Of a DNA stretch of 64,000 nucleotides, positions 44,256 through 55,510 are shown piece after piece. This stretch comes from an uncultured Phycisphaerales bacterium (GTDB lineage Bacteria; Planctomycetota; Phycisphaerae; Tepidisphaerales; Tepidisphaeraceae): the NCBI GenBank assembly GCA_963758525.1, contig CAVWVQ010000003.1, positions 320,001 to 384,000 on the forward strand. The letters run 5' to 3'. Numbering within the stretch: position 1 is the first letter of the stretch; each line of letters opens with the position of its first letter. The position numbers were made by a program, and so were the translations under genes. The notes below the pieces were generated by a model. It was given only the letters and a program-made list of their open reading frames with translations, had not been told where the DNA came from and ran no database searches.

Positions 44256-45359
44256 TCAATGTCCTTTCCCGAAGAACGTCTTGATCGAATCGTAAATGTC
44301 GTCCTTTGAATTGACCCGGCTGGTGAGCACCTTCTCCTGATTGCGCAGGTGCTCGTGCAGAACGTTGATGAAATTTCCAGACCCGTAGGCGCTGGCAACC
44401 TGGCAGTAGCCGAACATGTTGCACGTCGGCAGAAGCTGCTCCTTGAGCAGTTTCACGCACTCGCGGCTGTCGGCTTCGGAGCTGTTGTCGCCGTCGGAAA
44501 AGTGGAAGAGGTAAATGTTCCACTCGTCGGGCGAATAGTGGGTGTCCAGGAGCTGCTTGGCGGCGCGGAACGCGCTGCTGATTTTGGTGCCGCCGTCTTC
44601 GCGCAGATGATAGAACGTGTGCTTGTCGACTTCCTTGGCGCTGACGTCGTGGACGATGTAACGGCTCTCGATTCCCTCGTAATTCTTGCGCAGCCAGGTG
44701 TCGATCCAGAATGATTCGAGGCGGACGAGCTCCTTCTGCTCCTCGCCCATGGAGCCCGAGACGTCCATCATGAAGACGATGACGGCGTTGCTCTGCGGAC
44801 TCTTGACCTCCTTCCACGACCGATAGCGAATGTCCTTTTTCTGCGGGATGATGACGGGCGCATCGGGGTTGTAGTCGCCCAGCATGATCTGGCGTTTGAG
44901 GGCTTCCTTGAACGACCGCTTGAAATGCCGGAGCGATTCGGGGCCGACCCGGCGGATGCCGCTGTACTTGTCGCGGACGGTCGTGATCCGATGCTTCCCC
45001 TTGGGCTCGATGCGCGGGAGCTTGAGCTCTTCGGCCAGGATGTCGGCCAGCTCGTCGAGGGTGAGATCGACCTCCATGATGTGCCGGCCCGGCTCGGTGC
45101 TGCCGAGCACCTTTCCCTTCCCTGCCGGGCTGTTGCTGACAACGTCTCCCTCTTTCCCTTCGCCGGCGCCGACGCCGCCCGAATTGTCGCCGTAACGGAA
45201 ATGCGGCAGCTCAATGCCCCGAATGGGGATGGAAATGAGGTGCTTGCCTTCTTTGCCGATCAGCTCGCCCTTGGTGAGAAATTTGCGCAAGTCGTCGCGG
45301 ATGCGCCCTTTGACGATCTGGCGAAAGCGCTGGTGATCTTTTTCGATCTTCAGGATCAT
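44256..45359 (-). CDS. yeaH: DUF444 / YeaH-YhbH family (vWA-like) protein
   Basis: PQSNAVIVFMMDVSGSM, GGTKISSA, WNIYLFHFSDGDN. Confidence 0.9.
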   Translation of the reverse strand: MILKIEKDHQRFRQIVKGRIRDDLRKFLTKGELIGKEGKHLISIPIRGIELPHFRYGDNSGGVGAGEGKEGDVVSNSPAGKGKVLGSTEPGRHIMEVDLTLDELADILAEELKLPRIEPKGKHRITTVRDKYSGIRRVGPESLRHFKRSFKEALKRQIMLGDYNPDAPVIIPQKKDIRYRSWKEVKSPQSNAVIVFMMDVSGSMGEEQKELVRLESFWIDTWLRKNYEGIESRYIVHDVSAKEVDKHTFYHLREDGGTKISSAFRAAKQLLDTHYSPDEWNIYLFHFSDGDNSSEADSRECVKLLKEQLLPTCNMFGYCQVASAYGSGNFINVLHEHLRNQEKVLTSRVNSKDDIYDSIKTFFGKGH

Positions 45360-45404
45360 AGTGCCCGTTCAATCATAGCAACGGTCAGCACGGGGTGTCG
45401 CGCA

Positions 45405-45527
45405 TTTCCCCCCTCTCCTGGTACTCCGGGAGAGGGTCGGGGTGAGGGTGATTTCGAATACCAGCGGTGCACGACGCTCGAAATCACCCTCACCCCTGCC
45501 CTCTCCGGCAGTACCGGGAGAGGGAGA
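45405..45527. repeat. CCCCTCTCCTGGTACTCCGGGAGAGG palindromic element
   Basis: Inverted arms; same family as 35398-35516. Confidence 0.8.
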
Positions 45528-45653
45528 ATGTCGTCCGAGACTATCAGTCCAACTTCTATTCTCTTCCGGACGCGCTCCTCTTCGACAAGCTCACGGCAGG
45601 CCGCTTCGCGTCGCGGCTAACCTTGAAGACCGGCATTGTCGAGCTGCGCGGCA

Positions 45654-45938
45654 CTACGCGGTTCTGCGTGAGATCAGCCAGAAACCTACGATCAGCAGCG
45701 CCACGGAACCGGCGATGCCGACGATCGTGCTGAGCTGGGCGTAGTTGGCGGCGTCGATCAGGTTGTCGGGCGAGCCGCGCAGAACAAACAGCCAGTAGCG
45801 CGGGTCGATCCGCGACTCGGCGGCGCGATGCATCGCCGGGCCGTACTTGGGATCGGTGAGCCAGAAGAACACCGCCCCGGCCAATCCCATCAAGACCAAT
45901 CCGGTTCCGGATCGGCGATTTGCCCTGTCCATGCTCAC
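45654..45938 (-). CDS. Small two-TM membrane protein between prkA and yeaH
   Basis: Starts immediately after the prkA stop; two hydrophobic segments. Confidence 0.6.
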   Translation of the reverse strand: MSMDRANRRSGTGLVLMGLAGAVFFWLTDPKYGPAMHRAAESRIDPRYWLFVLRGSPDNLIDAANYAQLSTIVGIAGSVALLIVGFWLISRRTA

Positions 45939-48008
45939 TTATTCATCCTGTTTACTGTCTCCTCTGGCGAAGATGCTGGCAACGTAATTCAGCACGTCGG
46001 TGGCGCTGGTTTCGTTATAGCCGAAATACTTGATCAGGCGCTGCTTGACCACGTCAATCTTCTGCTGCGTCTCGTCGTCGACGACGCTGGAGACGAGGTT
46101 CTTCAGCTTAATGGTGTCGCGCTGATCCTCGAAGAGCTTGAGTTCCAGCGCCTTGAGCAGCCGGGCGTTGGTGTTGTACTCAAACTTCTTGCCATCGAGC
46201 GCCAACGCGCCGATGTAGTTCATGATTTCCTGGCGGAAATCCTCCTTGCGGGAATCGGGGATGTCGATTTTCTCCTCGATCGAACGCATGAGCCGTTCAT
46301 CCGGCTCCTCGTCGCGGCCGGTGTAGCGGTTGCGGACGCGCTCGTGCTGCGTGTAGGCCCGGACATTTTCGATGTAATTCGCGGCCAGGCGCTTGATCGC
46401 GTCCTCGTCGGCGCTGATCGCCCGCTGCACCTCGGCCTTGAGGATGTCTTCGTATTCGTTGCGCACCTCGGCCAGATGTTCCTTGTATTCCTTCTTCAGC
46501 TCTTCATCGGTGATCAGCGAATGATGGCTCAGCCCCCCTTCCAGCTCGTTCATCACCATGAACGGATTGATCGCCTTCTCCAGCTGCGCCTGATGGCTGA
46601 CCAGGGCGTTACTGATCTTGTCCTGGATGTAGCGGGGGGAAATGCCCTGCATCCCTTCGCGCGGGGCTTCTTCCTTCAGCTCCTTGATGCTGTCTTCAGT
46701 GAAGCCGGGGACGCTCTTGCCGTCGTAGAGCTTGAGCTTCTGGAGCTTGGTGATGCCGGCTTTCTTCGGATCGGCCAGCCGCGTCAGCACGGCCCACATC
46801 GCGGCCACTTCGATCGTGTGCGGCGCGATGTGAATCCCCTTGATCTTTCCCGGGCCGAAATCCTTGAGGTATATGCGGATCTCGTCGCTCAGGCGGATGT
46901 TGTAGGGGACGTCGATCTTGATGGTGCGGTCGCGGAACGCCTCCATCATTTCGTTGCCCTGCAGCTTCTTGTATTCCGGCTCGTTGGTGTGGCCCAGAAT
47001 CACTTCGTCGATGTAGGTCTGGGCGAACTTCTTGGGCTTGATCAGATGTTCCTGGCTGGCGCCCAGCAGATCGTAGAGGAACGCGACATCGAGCTTGAGC
47101 ACTTCGATGAACTCGACGATGCCCCGGTTGGCGATGTTCAACTCGCCGTCAAAGTTGAAGGCGCGCGGATCGGAGTCGGACCCGTACTCGGCGATTTTTC
47201 GGTAATTGATGTCGCCGGTCAGTTCGGTGGAATCCTGGTTCTTCTCGTCCTTCGGCTGGAAGGTGCCGATGCCCCGGCGATCCTTTTCGGAGAGAATCAA
47301 TCGCTTGACCTTGACGTGCTCCATGCTCTTGCGCCAGTCGCCGTCATACATCTCCAGCAGATCGGCCTGGATTTTCCGGCAGAAGGGGCAGACGTCGCCG
47401 TACAGGCGGATCTTGCGGCCGTCGGGGACTTTCTCGTTGATCGAGTCGATCACTTCCTGCCGGGCCTCGCGCGGGATCAGCAGCAGCGGCTCCTCGTGCA
47501 TCGGGCATTCGTAATACTGCTCGCCTTCGTCGCTTGCGGCCTTGTGCGGGAGGCGCCAGGAGTAGGTGTAGCACTTGCCGGCATCGGATCGCGAATAGGC
47601 TTCCAGGCCTTTTTTCAGCAGGCGGGCCATCGTCGATTTTGACGAACCGACGGGGCCGTGCAGAAGCAGAATTCGCTTTTCGGTCCCGTATCCCTGCGCG
47701 GCCGACCGGAAGAAATCGACCAGCGTCATCAGCGGGCGCTCGAGCCCGTAAATGGCATCTGCGCCGCCGTCGATCGGATCGGCAAAGAAATGATAGCGCA
47801 CCGCCTCCTGCTTGAACTGCGTGTACTGCTCGGAGCCGTAGGTGAGGATCATGTCGTAGACGCGCTGAAAAGCATTGCGCGCCACGGCGGGGTTCTCGAC
47901 GACGATATCGAGATACTCCCAGAATGTCCCTTCCCAGTGCTGTTCGTGAAAATGGGTCACGTCGAGCCGCTTGTCGATGATGCCGATCAGTGGGTTGGAT
48001 TTTGCCAT
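45939..48008 (-). CDS. prkA: PrkA/YeaG AAA+ serine protein kinase
   Basis: [55 protein letters not shown]. Confidence 0.95.
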   Translation of the reverse strand: MAKSNPLIGIIDKRLDVTHFHEQHWEGTFWEYLDIVVENPAVARNAFQRVYDMILTYGSEQYTQFKQEAVRYHFFADPIDGGADAIYGLERPLMTLVDFFRSAAQGYGTEKRILLLHGPVGSSKSTMARLLKKGLEAYSRSDAGKCYTYSWRLPHKAASDEGEQYYECPMHEEPLLLIPREARQEVIDSINEKVPDGRKIRLYGDVCPFCRKIQADLLEMYDGDWRKSMEHVKVKRLILSEKDRRGIGTFQPKDEKNQDSTELTGDINYRKIAEYGSDSDPRAFNFDGELNIANRGIVEFIEVLKLDVAFLYDLLGASQEHLIKPKKFAQTYIDEVILGHTNEPEYKKLQGNEMMEAFRDRTIKIDVPYNIRLSDEIRIYLKDFGPGKIKGIHIAPHTIEVAAMWAVLTRLADPKKAGITKLQKLKLYDGKSVPGFTEDSIKELKEEAPREGMQGISPRYIQDKISNALVSHQAQLEKAINPFMVMNELEGGLSHHSLITDEELKKEYKEHLAEVRNEYEDILKAEVQRAISADEDAIKRLAANYIENVRAYTQHERVRNRYTGRDEEPDERLMRSIEEKIDIPDSRKEDFRQEIMNYIGALALDGKKFEYNTNARLLKALELKLFEDQRDTIKLKNLVSSVVDDETQQKIDVVKQRLIKYFGYNETSATDVLNYVASIFARGDSKQDE

Positions 48009-48540
48009 TGCGAATCTCCGAAGTTAGTGCGTCCGGCGGAGGTGTCGCAGGCCAGTCTGAATGCGACTCCATCCGTCAGACACATCCTCAAGCCCGGCGG
48101 TAGTTTCAGACAACGGGTTTGCGGAACCGTCGAGCAAGCGGCAGGCACTTCATGCGAAAGAGCGGATTGTCCGGGGGAGACAGCTTTGTTTCAAAGCCCC
48201 AGGCCGCTTGTTCTCACCGAGTGCAGGCCCGATCCCCGACAGCGAATCTTAACGCGGTGCGTGGGCGTAGTCCATGGGAGGGGGCGATGGGGCGATGGTG
48301 ATTGGTGATTGGAACGTGACAGGGATTGGAGGAAGAAAGATCGCGGCTGCGATTTCCCGGCAGCGTATTGGGAAACTGGATTTCGCCGATCAAGCCGGTA
48401 GTGGCTTGCCCTTCGCGGTAGCGCTCAAGGGCGTGAACCCCGCGACGCCTCGGACATCCCCACCGATGCAAAACAAAGAAGGACGGATCTAATTCCGCTG
48501 ATTCACTGCGAAGATGAGATGCGGCGGGATAAATCCCGTC

Positions 48541-49794
48541 CTACGCTTTGAGCAACGGCAGCGGCGTGAAGTCGCCGCCCAAAATTTGCTTCGATGGCGT
48601 CTGCAGCCAGTTGTCGAGAATCGTGGAGTAGATGCTGCGGAAGTCGGTGGTGAACTTCAGGTCGCCGTGATCCAGATCGGTCAGCGAAGGGTGTTCGCCG
48701 GCAACTCCGCCTTTGAGGCCGCCGCCGAAGAGGAACATCGGGGCGGCGGCGCCGTGATCGGTGCCGCCGCTGGCGTTTTGCTGAACGCGCCGGCCGAACT
48801 CGCTGAAGGTCATCATCAGCACGCGATCCGCGTTGCCCTGTATTGCCATGTCGGCCCAGAACGCGTCCATCCCCTGGCCGAACTGCTTCATAAGCTGGTC
48901 ATGGCGGGCGCGCTCGTTGGCGTGCGTGTCGAAGCCGCCCATGGAAACGTAATAGACGCGGGTGGACAATCCTCCGCCGATCATCGCTGCGACGGTTTGC
49001 AAGCCGAGGCCGAATTCTCCCTGCGGATACGCTGCCGCGGGGCGATGCCCCGCGGTGACGCGGAGAATCGCATCACTGGAAACCTGCGCGTCCATCGCGG
49101 TGCGATGGAGAAAATCGAGCTGCGACTGCGGCCCGGTTGACGCTCCAGCGGCATCGGGCGCGCGGTTGAGCTTGAGATAGCGATCGACATCAGTGCCGCG
49201 GTAGCGGTACGACTCCGGCCGCTCAAAAGCCAGCGGCATGATCTTCTCGCCCTGCATGGCCAGCGGAACCGCCGCTCCGACGCTGATGCCAGGGTGCGGA
49301 TCGGCGCCCGAGCAGGTGTTGTCGAAATATCGGCCGACCCATCCGCTGGTGCCGACCTGTCGGTCCGGCTGCGCGGATTCCCAGATATCGGTCGAGCGGA
49401 AGTGGGAGCGATTGGGGTTGGGGTAGCCGACGCCCTGCACCACCGCCGCCGCGTTCTTCTCGAACAGCTTGGTCAGGGGAAGCAGGTTGGGATGCAGCCC
49501 GACGTAATCGTTGAGCTTGTGGACGATCGTCGGATCGACGCCCAGCGTCGGACGAGCGCGATGGTACGCATCGTCGGCATAGGGAATGAGGGTGTTCAGA
49601 CCGTCATTGCCACCGGCAAGCTGGACGACGACGAAGATCTTTCCGTCCTTCCCGGACGGCTGTTGCGTGAGCGCGCCATCCGCCTGGCGTTCGAGCGCGA
49701 GGCAAGTGTTATCGAGAAACGCCGGCAACGTCGGCGCGGCAGCCAGGAGCGCCAGTCCGCGACGCATGAAAACTCGACGAGTGGAGAGAAGCAT
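48541..49794 (-). CDS. DUF1501 family protein with Tat signal
   Basis: TRRVF; VVVQLAGGNDGLNT, GYPNPNRSHF, GGFDTH, FSEFGRR, GTDHG, DFRSIY. Confidence 0.9.
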   Translation of the reverse strand: MLLSTRRVFMRRGLALLAAAPTLPAFLDNTCLALERQADGALTQQPSGKDGKIFVVVQLAGGNDGLNTLIPYADDAYHRARPTLGVDPTIVHKLNDYVGLHPNLLPLTKLFEKNAAAVVQGVGYPNPNRSHFRSTDIWESAQPDRQVGTSGWVGRYFDNTCSGADPHPGISVGAAVPLAMQGEKIMPLAFERPESYRYRGTDVDRYLKLNRAPDAAGASTGPQSQLDFLHRTAMDAQVSSDAILRVTAGHRPAAAYPQGEFGLGLQTVAAMIGGGLSTRVYYVSMGGFDTHANERARHDQLMKQFGQGMDAFWADMAIQGNADRVLMMTFSEFGRRVQQNASGGTDHGAAAPMFLFGGGLKGGVAGEHPSLTDLDHGDLKFTTDFRSIYSTILDNWLQTPSKQILGGDFTPLPLLKA

Positions 49795-50022
49795 GGTTGT
49801 CCTTTAAATTCAGGCACGAAGGCACGGAGGCACCAAGGCACGAAGGGTGAGGAAGGGAGGAGTTGGGAGTGACGTTTCTGGTGATGCTGAGGGTCTGAAC
49901 ATGCGTGATCCTTTTGCAATGTTCTCGGTAATCTCGCACTATCGCGCTCTCCGGCGTCCGTTTAGCGGCCGCCCGGAGGGCGGCGTTTCATCCCGCACGT
50001 GTGCGTATTCGCACGCTTTCAT

Positions 50023-51459
50023 TCAACACAACTGATATTCCGGCATCGAAACGATGAGCTGAACGACATGCCGCGCGACTTCGGCGGTCGGGCCGTCGGT
50101 GCTGGCGGCATCGAGAAGCACCTGACGTTGAGACGAATCGATCGGACGAGCGATCAATCGCCCGAGCCAGGTATCCACCAGTTTCTCGGGACCGCCCTGA
50201 TCCATCGCCAGCGCGAGTTGCAGCGCCTGCCCATCGCCCGGCGCCCGGCCGCTGGCGAGAAAAACGGCGGTGTTGTAACGGGCGAAAAGCGTGCTGGCGT
50301 TGATCCACTGCCTTCCGCCGGGCCACCCCTTGACGTTGGGCGGAAACATCGGCGTCTGGCCCATGCTGTCGAGCGGACCCCGCAGCAACTGAAATGGCGG
50401 CACCTCAATGCCGAGCAGGCGGCATGTGCCGACCACCAACTGAACCGGACACTTGATCTGCGACCCGACGGCTTTGGCGCTGTAAAACGCCCTGCTGCTC
50501 AGGATCATCTGCAGCAGCGGACGAATTTGCAGTTTCCCCGAAGCAAAGACTTCGCCGAGGCTGTCGGCAAGGCCCGGTTCGAGATCATCGTAGACGAAGT
50601 AAGAGAAGAGTTCCGACGCGACAAAGCGGGGGCAGGCCGGCTGGGCGAGGATGATGCTGATGATGTCGTCCCCGTCGAAGTTGCCGGTTTTGCCGAGGAA
50701 GGTTTTGCTGCCGTCGTCGTGTTGATTGTGGTTGAAGATGAACTGATCGCCGTCGTGCGTCCAGCCGGTGAAGGCGCGGGCGGATTCCTTGACGTCATCT
50801 TCGGAGTAGTTGCCGATGCCGAGCGTGAACAGTTCCATCAGCTCGCGGGCGTAATTTTCGTTGGGATGGCCCTTGTGATTCTGCGTGTTGTTGAGGTAAT
50901 CGAGCATGGCCGGGTCGCGTGAGATGGCCCGGACAAATTGCCCGAAGTCCCCCGCCGCCATCTTTCGCAGCAGCTCCTGCTGCTCCCAGAGGAGCAATGA
51001 GCTGCGTTCGTCGCGGGCGCTGCTGGTGAAATGGCCGTGCCAGAAGAGTGCCAGCTTTTCCTGCAGGGGATGCGGCCCGTAAGCCATGCGGCGCAGCCAC
51101 CAGTTGAGGTCGATGATGCGTGTCTGCCCGTTGGCCTTCTGCACCATCTGCTGCAGCGCAATGCGCTGTTCGCGCGTCTTGCCGGCAAACATTTCCCGCA
51201 ACTGGCGAAAGTTGCTGGGAAGGCCCGCGATCGATGACATGTCCGGGACATCTTTGGGATCCTGCTCATCGGCGGTTTTGTCGGGAAAGTCGAGCAGCGC
51301 CGACGCCGACGCGGAGGGACCGAGCTTCACGATCTGGTTCACTTCCGACGGAGTTCCGCCAAAACCAGCCCGATTGAGAAGATGGGCGGCTTTGACATCG
51401 TCGAAGGGATCCTGAGCGGTTGGTTGATAGGGATCGAGGAGGGGATGCGGTGTGGACAT
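50023..51459 (-). CDS. DUF1800 family protein
   Basis: AAHLLNRAGFG, LQEKLALFWHGHF, DPAMLDYLNN, PNENYARELMELFTLG, PPNVKGW, PEYQL. Confidence 0.92.
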   Translation of the reverse strand: MSTPHPLLDPYQPTAQDPFDDVKAAHLLNRAGFGGTPSEVNQIVKLGPSASASALLDFPDKTADEQDPKDVPDMSSIAGLPSNFRQLREMFAGKTREQRIALQQMVQKANGQTRIIDLNWWLRRMAYGPHPLQEKLALFWHGHFTSSARDERSSLLLWEQQELLRKMAAGDFGQFVRAISRDPAMLDYLNNTQNHKGHPNENYARELMELFTLGIGNYSEDDVKESARAFTGWTHDGDQFIFNHNQHDDGSKTFLGKTGNFDGDDIISIILAQPACPRFVASELFSYFVYDDLEPGLADSLGEVFASGKLQIRPLLQMILSSRAFYSAKAVGSQIKCPVQLVVGTCRLLGIEVPPFQLLRGPLDSMGQTPMFPPNVKGWPGGRQWINASTLFARYNTAVFLASGRAPGDGQALQLALAMDQGGPEKLVDTWLGRLIARPIDSSQRQVLLDAASTDGPTAEVARHVVQLIVSMPEYQLC

Positions 51460-51584
51460 GGCGGATTTCAAATTTCAGATTTCAAATGTTTCAACTTCCA
51501 AATTTGCACAGACGCATTCACAACGTATGTCGCCCCCGATTATTCCAAACTATACTCCCTGACAACGCCTGGGAGTAATTGCTG

Positions 51585-52459
51585 ATGGAGCCACGACTTT
51601 TGCGACTGGGGCATTCGCCCGATCCGGATGATGCGTTTATGTTCTACGGATTGGCCAAGGGACTGGTTCCCAGCGGGCCCTACCAGTTTGAGCACGTTCT
51701 GCAGGACATCCAAACGCTGAACCAGCGCGCCATGCGCGGCGAGCTGGAGATCACGGCGATCTCCATCCATGCTTATCCTTACGTCGCCGACAAGTATGCG
51801 TTGACGAGCTGCGGCAGCAGCATGGGCGACCAGTATGGTCCGATGATCGTCTGCCGGGCGGACGATGTCGCCCGATTTGGCGGCGGCAGGCTGCCTGATC
51901 TGCGCGGCAGAAAGATCGCGATCCCCGGGAAGCTGACGACCGCATTCCTCTCTCTTCAACTGGCGCTGGGCAAAGCGGGCCATGCGTTTGACTACGAGGT
52001 GGTCGCGTTTGACGAAATCCCCAGCCACGTTCGTGACGGGAAGAGCGACGCGGGTCTGCTGATTCATGAAGGCCAACTGACCTATCGGGCCAGCGGCCTG
52101 CACAAGCTGTTGGATCTTGGGGAATGGTGGTACGAGAAGACCAGCCTGCCGCTTCCGCTTGGGGGAAACTGCGTTCGCAAGGATCTGGGCGCACAGGTGA
52201 TGCAGGAGGTGACGGACATCATCAAGCAATCGATCGTCTTCAGCCTGCAGCATCGCGCCGAGGCGGTTCAATACGCGCTGCAGTTCGGCGCGATCTGGAC
52301 CAGCCGCTGGCCGACCGCTTTGTCGGGATGTACGTCAATGACTGGACCGTCGATTATGGCCCGCGCGGACGCGAAGCGATCTCACGACTGCTCAGAGCCG
52401 GAACTGACGCCGGGCTCGTGCCGGCGACGGCAGACGTGCAATACATCACCGCGCGGTAG
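51585..52459 (+). CDS. mqnD: 1,4-dihydroxy-6-naphthoate synthase, futalosine menaquinone pathway (frameshift near 52290)
   Basis: LGHSPDPDDAFMF, DIQTLN, YGP, IAIPGKLTTA, LIHEGQLTY, DLGEWW, LPLPLG, MYVN. Confidence 0.88.
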
Positions 52460-52469
52460 CCCAGGCGGG

Positions 52470-52979
52470 CTATGTCAGAATCGCCCCGCGGATGCGGTCG
52501 CCGTCAGAAGCTGGCGACCGAGCGGCGCGTGCCGCGGGCGAAGTCGTGGCGACGGTTTGCTGCATGGCATGTGCCTCGGCGGCGTCGGCGTTCATGATCT
52601 GGGAGTCTTCCTTCGGGTTTACGTTGCAAACCCGGATGAACGTCGACCCAATGTGGAAGGCGGCATCCGCCACGGCTTCGCAATGCCGGACCGTGCAGAG
52701 AATCGACTGCGGAGCACCGTCGTTGCTCGGAAGTTGCACCAGAAACCGCTGTCCCGCCTTCATCGCGACGGATCGCGCAATTCCAATTCCCTCGCGGGAG
52801 ACGTCGCGGATCGTTGCGACGACCCGCGTGCCCTTCCCGGGAGCGCCGGCTTCAATCACCGTAATGGTGGCGCGCAGGCCGACGCGCGGCTTGCGACGCT
52901 TGTCCTTGGTGGTGCTGACCGGGCTGTCGGACCGTAGAGCCGACAGAATCCTCTCAAACTGTTCAGACGACAGATGCAT
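52470..52979 (-). CDS. PilZ domain (c-di-GMP binding) protein
   Basis: RxxxR (KRRKPR) and DxSxxG (DVSREG) motifs. Confidence 0.8.
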   Translation of the reverse strand: MHLSSEQFERILSALRSDSPVSTTKDKRRKPRVGLRATITVIEAGAPGKGTRVVATIRDVSREGIGIARSVAMKAGQRFLVQLPSNDGAPQSILCTVRHCEAVADAAFHIGSTFIRVCNVNPKEDSQIMNADAAEAHAMQQTVATTSPAARAARSPASDGDRIRGAILT

Positions 52980-53089
52980 TCTTACACCCTGCAATGTTGG
53001 CTGCACCCGTGTTATCGTCCCGATCCGATGGCGACTTATGTCTGAGCTCGCCAATATGATCCAGACGCATTACGGCGGTTCAAAATTGC

Positions 53090-53560
53090 ATGCATCTTGC
53101 TGAAGAACTCATGCGTGAAGCCATCCAGGAAGCCCACGCCGCGGGCGCCGCAGGCGAAGTGCCGATCGGATGCGTGATCGTGCATGACTCCAGCGGCGTG
53201 ATTATCGGACGGGGATGCAACCGCCGGATACGAGACTGCGACCCGACCGCGCACGCGGAAATCATCGCACTCCGCGCTGCCGGCCGACATCTGGGCGACT
53301 GGCGTCTGATGGGTTGCACGCTCTATGTCACGCTCGAGCCTTGTCCGATGTGCGCCGGCGCAATCGTTAACGCCCGAATTTCCCGCCTTGTATATGGATG
53401 CACTGATCCGAAAGCCGGCGCAGTTGAAACGCTTTTTGCGCTCTGTTCCGACCCGAGACTGAACCACCGCGTGGAAGTCATCGGCGGAATGCTGGCCGAG
53501 GAAAGCTCTCGCCTGCTGAAGGATTTTTTTGCACAGCAGCGGGCACTGGGAAAAAAGTAG
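53090..53560 (+). CDS. tadA: tRNA adenosine(34) deaminase
   Basis: GEVPIG, DPTAHAEI, LYVTLEPCPMCAGA, DPKAGA, LNH. Confidence 0.95.
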   Translation: MHLAEELMREAIQEAHAAGAAGEVPIGCVIVHDSSGVIIGRGCNRRIRDCDPTAHAEIIALRAAGRHLGDWRLMGCTLYVTLEPCPMCAGAIVNARISRLVYGCTDPKAGAVETLFALCSDPRLNHRVEVIGGMLAEESSRLLKDFFAQQRALGKK

Positions 53561-53599
53561 CGGGACAAGCCGGCCGGGCACCGGAGCCGCTTTCTTGCC

Positions 53600-53910
53600 T
53601 CCTCCCCTCGTACCCGGGGGGAGGAACGAGGTGGGGGGTCGGGAATAAGAAACGCTTCGCTAACGAGTCCGCGCGAGCCGAGCAAGCCCCCACCCCGACC
53701 CTCCCCCGGAGTACCAAGGGAGGGGGAAGAAGTTGCGCCCACAAGGTGCTCGCGCACGAATAACTTGAGCAATTTCGAAGCTGCAAGTGACGCAATTGCG
53801 TAGCACGGCCGTCTCGGCTGTGGCCCGAAATCACAGCCGAGACGGCTGTGCTACGGGGGAATCGCCGTCCGCTGACTTCGAAATTATTTGAGCAAGTTAT
53901 TCGTGGGCGG
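53600..53910. repeat. Palindromic element (53600-53728) followed by a composite GTAG-REP element (53750-53910)
   Basis: Doublet 53800-53854 inside outer IR CACGAATAACTTG..CAAGTTATTCGTG. Confidence 0.85.
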
Positions 53911-53983
53911 CCACAAAGAGTTGCACCACCCCCAAAGAGTTGCACCACCGTAGTTACGAGCTCCCGGCCGATCGCACGCCCGC

Positions 53984-54604
53984 TCAATCCAAATCCGCCG
54001 GCCAGTCGGGGTGCGCCTGGTGCTCGAAGGCGCGTTCAATCTGATGCATCACCACCCGCGCCACTGACAACGGCGGCATCGCGTCTCGCGCGAAGAAATC
54101 AACTTCGGTCGTCTCATCGCTGACGGCGGCCGCGCCGCCGGTGAGTTGGCAGAGAATGTGCAGCTTGAAGACCGCGAACGGAAGCGGCGAATGACCGTGC
54201 TGGTCGCGGTTGTAGACGCCGATCAGCTTTATGGCCTTTGCGGTGAAACCGGATTCCTGAACGATTTCCTTTTCGACGGCTTCGGAGGGCGAGTCGCCAA
54301 CATCCACCCATCCGCCGGGCGGCGTCCAGAGGCCGTCCTCTTTTTCCCGGACCAGCAGGAGTTTTCCGTCGCGGAAGACCAGCCCGCGCACGTCCACTTT
54401 CGGCGTGGCATACCCGCGGTCGATTTTAAACAGCTCGATCAGCGCGGAGGGCGGATGCATCGACTCGCGCGCCATCATCTCGGCGGCGATTGAGCGGATC
54501 TCCTCATAACGCTGAATATCAAATGGGCTTTGCGCGTAGGTGATGCCGGTTTGTGCCAGCGCGGCGAGGCGTCGCGACCAGGGAAGCAGGGAGTCAGTCA
54601 GCAT
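53984..54604 (-). CDS. Nudix hydrolase with N-terminal YjhB-like domain
   Basis: LAQTGITY..FDIQRY, GYATPKVDVRG, PGGWVDVGDSPSEAVEKEIVQESG. Confidence 0.9.
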   Translation of the reverse strand: MLTDSLLPWSRRLAALAQTGITYAQSPFDIQRYEEIRSIAAEMMARESMHPPSALIELFKIDRGYATPKVDVRGLVFRDGKLLLVREKEDGLWTPPGGWVDVGDSPSEAVEKEIVQESGFTAKAIKLIGVYNRDQHGHSPLPFAVFKLHILCQLTGGAAAVSDETTEVDFFARDAMPPLSVARVVMHQIERAFEHQAHPDWPADLD

Positions 54605-54770
54605 GGTTCAGCATGGTGGAGCGCGGAATTTCGCATGCCTACAAGGTGCGGGTTCATCCGTGACGGAGCAATGATTATTCAGCAACTTCATGTAGTATTG
54701 CCGCGCTGTGCGTTCTACCAATTGTGCCGCGCGAAATCGTGATTTCCACCCCAGGCGCGTGGCATATTCG

Positions 54771-55510
54771 ATGCGCGCCTGGGAAAACGGGATTTGCCGG
54801 GGCGGTTGCTGGTGGGGCAAGACTGCTACCTTCACGTGCGGACGCTGAAACATGACTTCTTTGCCGCCACGGGTTTATATCGTGACGGGCTGGGCCAACA
54901 GGCGGTACTGAAGATGGGCCGGACGGAGGAATTTGCCGGGATTCCCCTCCGCTGGCTCGGACGTTTTCTGCAGCGGCGCGAGCTGCATTTTTATGCCCGA
55001 TTGGCGGACCTTCCCAACGTGCCGGCGGTGCTGGGAACCCTCGGAGAAACCGGGTTCGTCATGGAGTTCGTGCGCGGCCGCCCGTTGGCGGAAGCGTCGA
55101 CCGCTCCGGATGGATTCTTCGACGCGCTGATTGCACTGTTGCGCGAGATGCACCGCCGGGGGATTGCCTATGTTGATACCAACAAGCCTCAGAATATTCT
55201 GCTGGGGGACGACCAGAAGCCGCACATGATCGATTTTCAGATCAGTTGGGATGTCGATCAGCTCGGCAACTGGTGGCTGAATCGCTGGCTGCTCCGCCAT
55301 CTCCAGGCGGATGACATCTATCACGTCACGAAACACAAACGGCGGCTGCGCCCCGATGAGCTGACCGATGCAGAGCGCGACCATTTGTCCCGCAAGAGCG
55401 CGTTCATCCGCGCCCATCGCTTTCTCACCCGGCCGTACTTTCTGTTGCGCCGCAGATTGTTCAAACGGCTGCGTGACACCGGCCGGCTCCTTCCGGAGGG
55501 CAGCAAATGA
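54771..55510 (+). CDS. Protein-kinase-like (RIO/Kdo-like) phosphotransferase; start uncertain
   Basis: VLK, RE, VMEFVRG, MHRRGIAYVDTNKPQNIL, MIDFQ. Confidence 0.7.
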
